Below are positions 27,763 through 36,415 of a DNA stretch of 64,000 nt, one piece after another. The position numbers were made by a program, and so were the translations under genes. The notes beneath the pieces were generated by a model. The model ran no database searches, was not told the DNA's origin, and was given only the letters and a program-made list of their open reading frames with translations. How positions within the stretch are numbered: position 1 is the first letter of the stretch; each line of letters starts with the position of its first letter. This DNA is from a virus: the IMG/VR virus record IMGVR_UViG_3300050138_000571, positions 9,784-73,783 of that record. One strand, written 5' to 3'.

Positions 27763-27788
27763 AAATCACGTCCTTGAAGGTCGTGTCG
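27631..27788 (+). other. Split, splicing-deficient intein-like remnant spanning the DnaE gene junction
   Basis: YVEIELDDGSKKIARATAKVTTDEGEVTVQEAFDRGLDIRSWT* followed by MKITSLKVVS. No Cys/Ser1 block A, no TxxH His, no terminal His-Asn. Confidence 0.7.
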
Positions 27789-30197
27789 GACGCCGAGAGC
27801 GGCTGGCTCCATCGCAGGTTCGGGGACCATGTCGCCCAGATCTCGGTCGAGACGAAGATGAAGATGCGGCTCGCAGTCCGCGACGTCTCCCGCCAACAGA
27901 GAGGCTACGTTAACCCTGAAATCGAGCTTTTGGCCAAGAAGTTCCCGGAGCCGCCTCAAGGCGTGGAGGACCTCGACTTCGTCCTCGGATACGACAATGA
28001 CGAGGGGCACCAGCAAGGCGCCATCGAGGTCGATGCGGCCATCCAGGAGTACGTACGCCTCTACCCCGGGGACTGGGAGATCGTGCAGCAGTGCCTCGGG
28101 TTGGCGCGGCAGCGCTCCCGGCACGCGTGCGCCTACGTCATCGGCAATGAACCCATAGAGCAGATGATCCCGCTCACCACCGTCGGTGGAGTGCGAGTCA
28201 CGGCCTACAACGCTCCTGCCGTCGAGGCCGTTGGGGGCCTCAAGATGGACTTCTTGGTCGTCAACTCGCTGAAGGACATCGGCGACTGCATCAAGCTGAT
28301 CCAGAAGCGGCACCCGGAGTTCGAGTACAAAGAGAGTTCGATCAACGGGCTCCGGGTGCCCCGGTTTCGCCAGATCCCGGCCCCCGGCGGCCTGGCCGAC
28401 ATCTGGGATCTTCCGGACGATCAAAACGTGTTCATGGACGTGTCGCAAGGCCGCACGGAGACCGTCTTCCAGTTCAACACCGAGGGCGCAATCAAGTGGT
28501 TGAAGCACTTCAACTACAAGAAGCCCAACGGGAACTTCGCGATCGATTCGATCGCAACGATGGCCTATTTCACCGCGCTCGACCGTCCCGGCCCCCTCAA
28601 CGCCTACGTGTCCAACCCCGAAGAAGAGGACGCCAAGCACAACATGCTCGTCGAGTATGCGCGTCGCGCCCGCGGAGCCCCGAAGAGCCCAGACATTCTG
28701 CCGATCTTCGACGAGCTGCTCCCCCACATGAACGGCATCATGATCACGCAGGAAGCGATGCAGTACATGTACCAGACCCTAACAGGGTGTTCTGGTCCCG
28801 AGGCCGAGGAGTTTCGCTCGAACGTCGCCAAGAAGAAGATGACGAAGGTCGAGAAAGCCTACCTACCATTCATCGAGTCCGCGGCCCGGAAGATCGGCAA
28901 AGAGAACGCCGAGGCCGTGTGGAAGAACTTCATCACGTTCGGCCAGTACGGCTTCAATTTCAGCCACGCCGTCTGCTACTCCGTCATAGGCTATGCCTGT
29001 GCCTACCTGAAGCACCACTATCCGCTGGAGTGGTGGGCGTCCGTGCTCTCGAACGCCTCGAAAAACGAGGTGTCCGACAAGTTCTGGGTGCATTGCGGGC
29101 AGCTCATCAAGCTTCCCGACGTCACGAAGTCCGGGGACAGGTTCACGATCGCAGGGGACTACATTCAGGCCCCGCTGAACGTGATCAAAGGGGTCGGCGA
29201 CGGCGCCCACGCTCAGCTCTCGAAGTACGGGCCCTACATGGACATCCTCGATTTCTGCCGAAAGATAGAGAAGCACCGCGTGGCCGGCGGCGGATACGTC
29301 ATGAAGACGGTGAAGTACAAGGACAAAGACAACAAGGTCCTTAATCCGGAAACCGGTCGACTGGTTTCGACCGACGCCACCAAGGAGAAGCGGACGTTCA
29401 AAAGGGGACCCAACGCGCTCAATGCTGGCGTCGTCAACGTGTTGATGGCGTCTGGCGCAATGGACGGCCTGTTTGCGGAAGGTCTCACCCTCGCAGAACA
29501 GATGGTCGAATACGAGGCCGCGATGGCCGCGGCAGAGACCGAGACCAACATGGCCAAGGCAGAAAAAGGGGAGGTCGTCCGCCCCGTTAAACCAAAGAAG
29601 GTGGATCCGAGCGACTTCAACCTCAATGGTTTACAGCAGTACCAGTCCCGCAAGGCCGTGTTGCCGATCTATGGCGCCGACCTCATCCCTATGGTGATTC
29701 GCTCGGGCAAACTCGATACCCTCAAGCAGTACCCGGGCCGTGCACTTATGGAGTGGACCTCACCGTTCAACGGAAAGGCCAGCGTCATCAAAGTGATTAA
29801 CGCCGACGAGTTGTCTCACGACGAGGACTTTGTCGTAAAGGACAAGAAATCGATCAATGTGGCAGTCGCCGCGTACATCGAAGACGTCGAGATCCGTAAG
29901 TATGGACCGCTGCTAAAAGAAATGGTTAAGGTCAAGCTCGACGTTGAAGGAGCGCGCTTCGAGTTGGTCAAATTCTCCGGCAAAGCAGGCCTAGTCCCAG
30001 ATTGCTTCCGGCAACCGCTGAAGGGGGCAATCGCGATCGTGGTCCTGAATAAGTGGACAAACGATCGTCCTTTTGGGCCCGAAGCCGTGTTCGTGATCGA
30101 GCCACCAATGTCCCACTCAAGGGCAGGAGCGGAGGATTGCGGGCCCGCGACCCCCTCAGCCAACAATGACGGGAGCGAGGCCTCGGAGGTTCCGTAG
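27759..30197 (+). CDS. dnaE: DNA polymerase III alpha, C-terminal fragment
   Basis: FGDHVAQI, RHAC.YVI, GLKMDFL (third catalytic Asp), T..VFQF, ALDRPGP, YGFNFSHAVCY, IKGVG. ATG 27759 overlaps the stop of the N-fragment (ATGA). Confidence 0.92.
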   Translation: MKITSLKVVSDAESGWLHRRFGDHVAQISVETKMKMRLAVRDVSRQQRGYVNPEIELLAKKFPEPPQGVEDLDFVLGYDNDEGHQQGAIEVDAAIQEYVRLYPGDWEIVQQCLGLARQRSRHACAYVIGNEPIEQMIPLTTVGGVRVTAYNAPAVEAVGGLKMDFLVVNSLKDIGDCIKLIQKRHPEFEYKESSINGLRVPRFRQIPAPGGLADIWDLPDDQNVFMDVSQGRTETVFQFNTEGAIKWLKHFNYKKPNGNFAIDSIATMAYFTALDRPGPLNAYVSNPEEEDAKHNMLVEYARRARGAPKSPDILPIFDELLPHMNGIMITQEAMQYMYQTLTGCSGPEAEEFRSNVAKKKMTKVEKAYLPFIESAARKIGKENAEAVWKNFITFGQYGFNFSHAVCYSVIGYACAYLKHHYPLEWWASVLSNASKNEVSDKFWVHCGQLIKLPDVTKSGDRFTIAGDYIQAPLNVIKGVGDGAHAQLSKYGPYMDILDFCRKIEKHRVAGGGYVMKTVKYKDKDNKVLNPETGRLVSTDATKEKRTFKRGPNALNAGVVNVLMASGAMDGLFAEGLTLAEQMVEYEAAMAAAETETNMAKAEKGEVVRPVKPKKVDPSDFNLNGLQQYQSRKAVLPIYGADLIPMVIRSGKLDTLKQYPGRALMEWTSPFNGKASVIKVINADELSHDEDFVVKDKKSINVAVAAYIEDVEIRKYGPLLKEMVKVKLDVEGARFELVKFSGKAGLVPDCFRQPLKGAIAIVVLNKWTNDRPFGPEAVFVIEPPMSHSRAGAEDCGPATPSANNDGSEASEVP

Positions 30198-30200
30198 GGG

Positions 30201-30212
30201 CGTTCGCTATAG
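30201..30212 (+). promoter_or_regulatory. Phage promoter motif A
   Basis: Exact 12-mer after the dnaE-C stop. Confidence 0.8.
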
Positions 30213-30237
30213 AGAGAGACAACATTCAAAGGACCCA

Positions 30238-31023
30238 ATGAACAAACGACCTCTCAAGACAATCCTCGCCGACATCGCCGACAACGACGAGACCATGGCG
30301 CGCGACCTGGAGGCCCTTCCCCCGAGCGTCCGCCCTGGTCACCAGGGCGCGATCCGCCGTGCTCAGGAGGCGGCCCCCGTGCTTCTGCAGGAGTACCGGG
30401 ATGCGGTGCTCGCCAACTCCCTGGCCTTCTTCGTATCGGGAGGCGCGGAGGGTGCCATCGAACAGTTCGCGGAGATCGCCTACAACGAGGGAGCGCTGCC
30501 GGCTGACTTCGGTGAGATGTACGCCACCCTGGCCGAACGGCTGGGGCCCCTTATGGGCAAATCCACGGACTTTGGGATGGATCAGGTCGTGCGCCTGGAC
30601 TTTCTTCTCCGGGGTATCGCCACCGTGTCCAGGTTCGGCCGCGCCGTCGACCTGCCGCGCGGCGGAGCCTCAGCGAACCACGCGATCAAAAGCAAGCAGG
30701 ACCTGGTCGACCACATCCGGAAGCTCGCCGAGACGACAGCAGATGGGCCCAAGCTGAACATCCTCGTAACGACCAAAAAACTGATCGAGGCGGCGGTGGC
30801 GCATCAGTTCGCGCGGAAGACTTTCAAGGTCGTGGTCATCAACGCAAGCGCGGCCGACCGCGCGCTCTTGGAGCCCCTGTTTACCAGAAACGTTACGGTC
30901 GATCTGACCAACGTTGCAACGATCGACGCCGGCTTCGTTGTCGGGACGTTCAAACAGGGGCGCAACGAGACGCCACCGGGTGTGCCGACTGTTGTGCCCC
31001 CGGCCCCCGACGCGACGCCCTAG
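30238..31023 (+). CDS. Hypothetical protein
   Basis: Lies between motifs at 30201 and 31028. Start reassigned to ATG 30238. Confidence 0.6.
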   Translation: MNKRPLKTILADIADNDETMARDLEALPPSVRPGHQGAIRRAQEAAPVLLQEYRDAVLANSLAFFVSGGAEGAIEQFAEIAYNEGALPADFGEMYATLAERLGPLMGKSTDFGMDQVVRLDFLLRGIATVSRFGRAVDLPRGGASANHAIKSKQDLVDHIRKLAETTADGPKLNILVTTKKLIEAAVAHQFARKTFKVVVINASAADRALLEPLFTRNVTVDLTNVATIDAGFVVGTFKQGRNETPPGVPTVVPPAPDATP

Positions 31024-31027
31024 GGGG

Positions 31028-31039
31028 CGTTCGCTATAG
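31028..31039 (+). promoter_or_regulatory. Phage promoter motif A
   Basis: Exact 12-mer before the SSB gene. Confidence 0.8.
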
Positions 31040-31084
31040 GTAGATCGAAACGATAACGCAACGAGACACGCAACGGAGAAATGA

Positions 31085-32329
31085 ATGAGCAACGTTTTCG
31101 GTACCCCCAAGTTCGGCAATTCAGGCGGTGACTTCAAGAAGACCCGGACGGTCGGAGCAGGAGACACCTATTTCCGCGCGCTGCCGCCGATGTTCTCGCT
31201 TCGCGAGAGCGGCGATTGGAGGAAGTACTTCGCCACGCACTGGGGCTACGAGGCAGTCAGCGAGCGTGACCCGTCGAAGACGTTCCAGAAGCCGTTCCGC
31301 TGCATCCTCGACAAGGACCGGCGCACGGGCCTCGTTCGTCAGGAATGCCCTGGCTGCATGAAGCGCGCTGAGGTCGAGAAGGAGCTGGCAGACAAAGAGA
31401 AGGCGATCCGCGCCGAGATGGTCGGAAAAGACGAGGCCGTGATCGTTGCCCGCCTGACCAAGGAGCTGGCCTCGATCAACGAGTGGCTGGAGGACCATCG
31501 GGTCGATGGCAAGTGGTACATCAACGCCAAATTCAAGGACGGGACGTTCGGCAGCATCAAGCTGAATCACAAGTTCCACATGGCGCGAATGATCGAGATC
31601 ATCAATGGAAAGCCGGCAACCGCGACGACTGCGGCGGTGCCGGGCCTGATGGAAGCCGAAGGGATCAATCCGCTAGACCCGAGCCAGGGCGTGTGGTTCG
31701 TGGTGTCACGTACCGGATCCAAGCGGTCGGTCGTCGACACGATGAACTACGAGGTGGAGAACGTGCTCGCCGAGGTCGAGGTGAATGGTGTGAAGCAGAA
31801 GCGGACGCTCAAGCAGATCGTCCTGGCGCCCCTCACCGACGAAGAGTGCGAGAAAGCCGGCGTCGACTGCGAGGACTTGGCGTCCCTCGGCGGGGCAGCT
31901 CTCACGTACGAGCAGATCGATGCGCTCGTGAACGGCGCCCCCTCGGTCGAGGTTGATCCGGAGCCGTCGCTGGCCGAGCAGGTGGCCGAACGCCGGGCCA
32001 GAGAGACCGCGATGGCCGAGGCCACGATCGAAGCCGACAAGGTAGCTAAGGCTGCCGCCAAGGAGGCTGAGGCGAAGAAGGTCGCGGCAGCGACTGTTCC
32101 GGCCCCCGAGGCAAAGAAGCAGGAACCCGCGGTCATCGCCGCGCAGAGCGAGGCCATAAAGAAGCGCCTGGCCGAGATCGCCGCCCGTGAAGCTGCGAAG
32201 AAGGCCGAGGAAGAGGCCACGCGACAGGCCGCTGCAGCCGCAGCGGAGCCAGCCGCCGTCGCCGACATCGCCGCCATGAGCGACGCCGACTTCCTGCGGG
32301 ACTTCGGTCCGGGCGCGGGGATGGCGTAA
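31085..32329 (+). CDS. T4 gp32-like single-stranded DNA-binding protein
   Basis: TYFRALPP, HWG, CIL...CPGC Zn site, KWYIN; long Ala/Glu linker with acidic-aromatic tail (MSDADFLRDF). Precedes UvsY- and UvsX-like genes. Confidence 0.65.
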   Translation: MSNVFGTPKFGNSGGDFKKTRTVGAGDTYFRALPPMFSLRESGDWRKYFATHWGYEAVSERDPSKTFQKPFRCILDKDRRTGLVRQECPGCMKRAEVEKELADKEKAIRAEMVGKDEAVIVARLTKELASINEWLEDHRVDGKWYINAKFKDGTFGSIKLNHKFHMARMIEIINGKPATATTAAVPGLMEAEGINPLDPSQGVWFVVSRTGSKRSVVDTMNYEVENVLAEVEVNGVKQKRTLKQIVLAPLTDEECEKAGVDCEDLASLGGAALTYEQIDALVNGAPSVEVDPEPSLAEQVAERRARETAMAEATIEADKVAKAAAKEAEAKKVAAATVPAPEAKKQEPAVIAAQSEAIKKRLAEIAAREAAKKAEEEATRQAAAAAAEPAAVADIAAMSDADFLRDFGPGAGMA

Positions 32330-32917
32330 ATGATCGAGTCCACGGACCTGATCGTTCCCTTGGGGGACGGATCCGCCGAGCTGCGGATCTCTCTCGGGGA
32401 CATCCTGACCTCCGAGATCAGGCAGGACGAAGTCGCCTTCGTGACCCCGGGCAAAGCGCCGGAGCTGCTCTCCACCTACAACCGGGCGTGGCGCGAGACG
32501 CATCAATGGATCTCACGTCTGGAGGCGGAGAAGAACCGAGCAGAGAAGGCCCTTCGGAAAAGAAAGGGCGTCCTCATTCTGGAGGTCATCCCGGAGAAGC
32601 TGAAGGCGATGGACATGAAGTCGAGTGCCGACATCCGAGAGGCCGTCATCGATACGGACGCCGAGTACGACCTGCTTACGGACCGCGTCGACCAAATCAA
32701 GGCCGCCATCATGTTCTTGAAAGGCAAGCTGGAGTCGTTCGAGAACGCTTTCACGTCCGTCAAGAAGATCATGGGAGAGAGTACGTACTCATTCAGCGGC
32801 CCCACTCTGCCGGCCGGCACCGGTACCGGGCGAGTCGGCGGCAACGGACCGACACCGGCCGAACGTCCGGCCAGCCCCTCCCGCGGTGGCAGCGTGTTCG
32901 GCCAACCGAAGTTCTAA
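32330..32917 (+). CDS. UvsY-like recombination mediator
   Basis: Helical, with IREAVIDTDAEY..L......IKA....L..K.......F.SVKKI pattern; sits between SSB and RecA. Confidence 0.5.
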   Translation: MIESTDLIVPLGDGSAELRISLGDILTSEIRQDEVAFVTPGKAPELLSTYNRAWRETHQWISRLEAEKNRAEKALRKRKGVLILEVIPEKLKAMDMKSSADIREAVIDTDAEYDLLTDRVDQIKAAIMFLKGKLESFENAFTSVKKIMGESTYSFSGPTLPAGTGTGRVGGNGPTPAERPASPSRGGSVFGQPKF

Positions 32918-32947
32918 ATCACTCAGCGACTTGAAGGAGATTCACGT

Positions 32948-34045
32948 ATGGCGAAGAAATGGCTGACGGCGTTGCAGAAGATGGACGGGGCTGTATTGGG
33001 GAACTACAACCCCAACGATCACGTGCTGCGGAGCCCGTCTCCGTCGTTCAATTTCATGTTCGGCAACGGACACGGATTGGCGCAGGGGTTCACTATGGTC
33101 CTGGGTGGCGTCCCCAAGGGCGGCAAGAGCGTCATCTGCAACTCGATGATCGGGCAGCTCCACAAGGATGACCCGGAAGCAATCGCCATCAAGTTCGACA
33201 CCGAGTTCCGAGAGTCGGGACAGCTCACCGACGAGCAGTCGAGCCTGTGGGGCATCGATCGCGATCGATACATCTGCTACCAGCTCAACGCCGCCACAGA
33301 GGTGTTCGATCGAATCGAGAAGGAGATCGCGGCGATGTGCCAGGAGGGGATGCCCCTCAAGATGATCATCATCGACTCGATCAATGCTCTCATGGGCGTC
33401 CGCAGCCAGAACTCGGATGGACTCGAAGCGCAGGTAAACCAGTTCGGCGACCTCGCCCGCGCGCTCCCCGAGGCCTTCAAGCGGATCGTCGGGATGCAGC
33501 GGAAATACCGCATCGGCCTGATCTTGACGTGTCACGTTCGCGCGGAGATGGACGCGAAGGAAGTGATGCGGACAGGGTCCAAGACGAGGCTGGCGCTCCC
33601 GTTCGGCGCCGCCCACTTCGCAGAGACCTTCGTCTCCGTCGAGCCGAATCGCAACAAGGATGCCAAAACGGACCTCTCCGGCAACGAGTTCAGGGACGAG
33701 TCCCTGGGCGACATCGCAGACAACGCCGAGCAGACCGGCCACAAGATCCGGGCGAAGGTCGTGAACGCCTCGATGGGACCCAAGGGCCGCGTGGCCGAGT
33801 TCACCCTCGACTACCACAAAGGGATCATCAACACCCACGAAGAGGTCTTCCTCCTTGGCAAGAACCGCGGCGTCCTGAAGCAGCCGAACCAGCTATCGTA
33901 TGAGTTCGAGGGTCAGAAGTGGGTCGGCAAGCAGGCGATGCTGGACGCGCTGGCGAAGGACAAAACCCTCTACGACAAGGTCCTCGCTGAGGTCTACCGC
34001 CAGGACACGAACCACAACGAGCCCGAAGACGCTGCGGCGGCCTAG
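32948..34045 (+). CDS. recA: RecA/UvsX recombinase
   Basis: SPSFNF.FG.G.G, Walker A GVPKGGKS, FDTEF, IIIDSI, HVR motifs. Confidence 0.85.
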   Translation: MAKKWLTALQKMDGAVLGNYNPNDHVLRSPSPSFNFMFGNGHGLAQGFTMVLGGVPKGGKSVICNSMIGQLHKDDPEAIAIKFDTEFRESGQLTDEQSSLWGIDRDRYICYQLNAATEVFDRIEKEIAAMCQEGMPLKMIIIDSINALMGVRSQNSDGLEAQVNQFGDLARALPEAFKRIVGMQRKYRIGLILTCHVRAEMDAKEVMRTGSKTRLALPFGAAHFAETFVSVEPNRNKDAKTDLSGNEFRDESLGDIADNAEQTGHKIRAKVVNASMGPKGRVAEFTLDYHKGIINTHEEVFLLGKNRGVLKQPNQLSYEFEGQKWVGKQAMLDALAKDKTLYDKVLAEVYRQDTNHNEPEDAAAA

Positions 34046-35106
34046 ACGACCTCCTCGGCCACGGACTCGCCCAAGGAGACCGGACCCGGGCAGTGGATGC
34101 AGCCCCCTTCCTTGTGGCGCTCCAGCCGCTTCTCGGCCTCTCGGCGGGCGTCGGGATGGATGCGATCGTTTCCCACCACGTTCGTCAGGGTCTCGACCAT
34201 CTTGTCGTGCCCCATGTCCGAGAGCCGGTCCGAAAGCTCCTGGCCGATGACGGCCGCCCGTTGGGCAACCGCCTCCGCGATGGAGCGCTTGGCGTCATCG
34301 TCCAGGTCCTCTCCATAGCTCTCTTCCTTCTCGACCTCAGGGGCTGCAATCCAATTGATCGGAGACAAGCGCTCTTTAGACCCGTCCTTGTGACCCGGCC
34401 CATAGTCCTTGCGCTCGCGGGAGTAGCCGTACAGGGCGATGCTGGCGTCGTCTGGCTTGACCAGCTCGTTGCGACCCCTGTTGATGAGGATGGTGCGGAA
34501 CTCGTTGAAGCGCTGAATGAGGTAGGAGTGGAGAAGCTTGTCGTTCTCGGTCTGCGTCAGGTCTTGGCGCTCGTAGAGCCCGATGAAGTTACAGGTCCAG
34601 ACGGCTGCATGGCTCTTGAGGTCGTCGATGTCCAGCATGTGGTTCTGGCAGCGCCACTGGTCGCGGGAGAGGAACTCTTTGCTGGCCTGGTTGATGAGCC
34701 ACTGGTAGCTGGCGAGCTTCTCGTCCGAGGGGTTGGGGACGCGACGGAACTCGGTGTGGCGCAAGGCGGCCAGATCGGAGTCCTCGCCGTTGCTCAGCTT
34801 GCGGTCCAGGACGGGGCCGCGGTTGACCGGGCTCGACGCCTCGAACCCGAGGGCGACCTGCAGCTCTGCGAATGCCGCCAGGGCCGTGGAGAGCTTCCGG
34901 TGCGTCAAACGTTTGACGTCGACGACGCAAGGACCGGTTTCTCCGTCGACGGCAAGGGCCACGCGCCGTTCCATTCCTGTCGCATCTGTGACGACCAGGG
35001 TCGTAACGTGCCGTTCCAGAACCTTGATGCCAGAACTCTGGCACCAGGTCGCCAGGAGGTTCATCGCTCGCGAAATGATCTGGGGGCTGGTGCGGGTGAT
35101 GGACAT
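34042..35106 (-). CDS. Candidate immediate-early transcription factor with sigma region-2-like segment
   Basis: YQWLINQASKEF...LDIDDLKSHA...FIGLYE...LHSYLIQRF follows the region-2 pattern weakly. Lone inverted gene with its own sigma70-type promoter. Confidence 0.4.
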   Translation of the reverse strand: MSITRTSPQIISRAMNLLATWCQSSGIKVLERHVTTLVVTDATGMERRVALAVDGETGPCVVDVKRLTHRKLSTALAAFAELQVALGFEASSPVNRGPVLDRKLSNGEDSDLAALRHTEFRRVPNPSDEKLASYQWLINQASKEFLSRDQWRCQNHMLDIDDLKSHAAVWTCNFIGLYERQDLTQTENDKLLHSYLIQRFNEFRTILINRGRNELVKPDDASIALYGYSRERKDYGPGHKDGSKERLSPINWIAAPEVEKEESYGEDLDDDAKRSIAEAVAQRAAVIGQELSDRLSDMGHDKMVETLTNVVGNDRIHPDARREAEKRLERHKEGGCIHCPGPVSLGESVAEEVV

Positions 35107-35188
35107 GTAATTCTGCTCCGTTAGAGTGGGTGAGGTAAGACCGCGTGCGTTACTCTGGTTTTAGAGAGGCAATGCGGCTTACATTTCC

Positions 35189-35217
35189 AAGATACTGGAA
35201 CGTGGAAAAGTTGGCAA
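35189..35217 (-). promoter_or_regulatory. Host sigma70-type promoter TTGCCA-N17-TATCTT
   Basis: On the minus strand, TTGCCA (35217-35212), exactly 17 nt, then TATCTT (35194-35189), upstream of the ATG at 35106. Confidence 0.6.
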
Positions 35218-35247
35218 GGCTCTTTCGTCACGCAGTTACGAAATAGT

Positions 35248-35271
35248 GTCACAGCGTGGCATTTCTGTGAC
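35248..35271. promoter_or_regulatory. Inverted repeat GTCACAG-N10-CTGTGAC, candidate operator
   Basis: Perfect 7-bp arms; extra GTCAC/GTTAC half-sites at 35227 and 35235, just upstream of the -35 box. Confidence 0.4.
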
Positions 35272-35299
35272 GGAATACTTGATCGCTGCCATGATCCGC

Positions 35300-35311
35300 C
35301 TATAGCGAACG
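35300..35311 (-). promoter_or_regulatory. Phage promoter motif A (divergent pair, left)
   Basis: Exact 12-mer. Confidence 0.8.
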
Positions 35312-35322
35312 CCCCCGGCACC

Positions 35323-35334
35323 CGTTCGCTATAG
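35323..35334 (+). promoter_or_regulatory. Phage promoter motif A (divergent pair, right)
   Basis: Exact 12-mer, 8 nt before clpP. Confidence 0.8.
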
Positions 35335-35341
35335 GTGAGAT

Positions 35342-35899
35342 ATGGATGAAGCTTCAGCCCCGGCCGACGACTCCAAGCCTCGCGTCATTTTTCTGTTCGG
35401 GGCCCTCGACGGAGAAGAAGCGTGCGGAGTGGCGGTCGGGCTACGCCAGCTTCAGGAGCAGGGACCGGAACCAATCCAGATCGTTCTCTGCTCAGGAGGC
35501 GGCAGCGAAGGCGCCGGCTGGGCAATTTACGACGCTATCCGGAGCTGCCCGAACCACATCACCGTGGATGCGCTGGGCTTTGTCGGCAGCATGGCCGTGG
35601 CAGTCCTACAGGCCGCAGACACGCGACGGATGGCGCCCGAGTGCAGGTTGATGGTGCATGCGGGGAGCGCGTCGCTTGGCGAGTCGATCGACCAGAAAAC
35701 CTTCATCGCCCTCGGCCGCGAGGCCGAACTGACAAATCGTCAGTACCAGAAGATGTTGGTACGGCACACCGGGCTGTCCCTCAAGCGGATCGTCAAGTAC
35801 TGCAACACCGAGGCCTTCTTCTCGGCCAAAGAAGCCCTAAGGCTCGGCTTCGTGGACGAAATCCTCCCGTACGCAAAGAAAAAGAAGGGGTCGCGATAG
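35342..35899 (+). CDS. clpP: ClpP-family protease
   Basis: CSGGG, AIYD, GFVGSMA (Ser), RLMVH (His), FSAKEAL.LG.VDEI. Confidence 0.85.
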   Translation: MDEASAPADDSKPRVIFLFGALDGEEACGVAVGLRQLQEQGPEPIQIVLCSGGGSEGAGWAIYDAIRSCPNHITVDALGFVGSMAVAVLQAADTRRMAPECRLMVHAGSASLGESIDQKTFIALGREAELTNRQYQKMLVRHTGLSLKRIVKYCNTEAFFSAKEALRLGFVDEILPYAKKKKGSR

Positions 35900-35905
35900 G
35901 TCCGC

Positions 35906-36415
35906 ATGGAGATCCGACTCACCAAAGGCCAAGTAACGCAGATCGACGACGTCGACGCCGATTTGGGGGCGTACAAGTGGCACGCATCGAAGAAGGGAAA
36001 GACCTTCTACGCGCGGCGCAACGTCCAAAGATCAGATGGCAGTCGGACCACTGTATATCTCCACCAAGAAATCGCCCGAGGTATGGGCATAGTTGGTGAT
36101 CCCGACCATATAGACCGGGACGGCCTGAACAATCGCCGGGACAACCTGCGGCCTGATCCAAACGGCCGGAATATGGCCAACCGGGATAGATTCGCCAACA
36201 ACACCAGCGGTTACAAGGGCGTGTATCCCAACAAGCGCCTTGGCAAGTGGGTATCCCAAATTACAGTGGACGGCAAGCAGCTCTACCTCGGCATTTTTGT
36301 CGACAAGATCAAGGCCGCCATAGCCTACGACCGTGCCGCCATCGAGCGCTTCGGGGAGTTCGCTGTTCTCAATTTCCCGGAACAACAAACAGACACATCA
36401 GGAGCCACTCAATGA
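35906..36415 (+). CDS. HNH-AP2 homing endonuclease
   Basis: DHIDRDGLNNRRDNLR; NTSGYKGV...W..QI..GK..YLG.F....AA.AYDRAA...FGEFA..NF. Confidence 0.88.
   Translation: MEIRLTKGQVTQIDDVDADLGAYKWHASKKGKTFYARRNVQRSDGSRTTVYLHQEIARGMGIVGDPDHIDRDGLNNRRDNLRPDPNGRNMANRDRFANNTSGYKGVYPNKRLGKWVSQITVDGKQLYLGIFVDKIKAAIAYDRAAIERFGEFAVLNFPEQQTDTSGATQ

Noticed and set aside
27631-27788. A functional trans-splicing split intein in DnaE
   Set aside because: No block A nucleophile, no TxxH His, no C-terminal His-Asn followed by Cys/Ser/Thr; too short for a full HINT fold. The canonical cyanobacterial site (YGFN.SH, about 28945) is uninterrupted.
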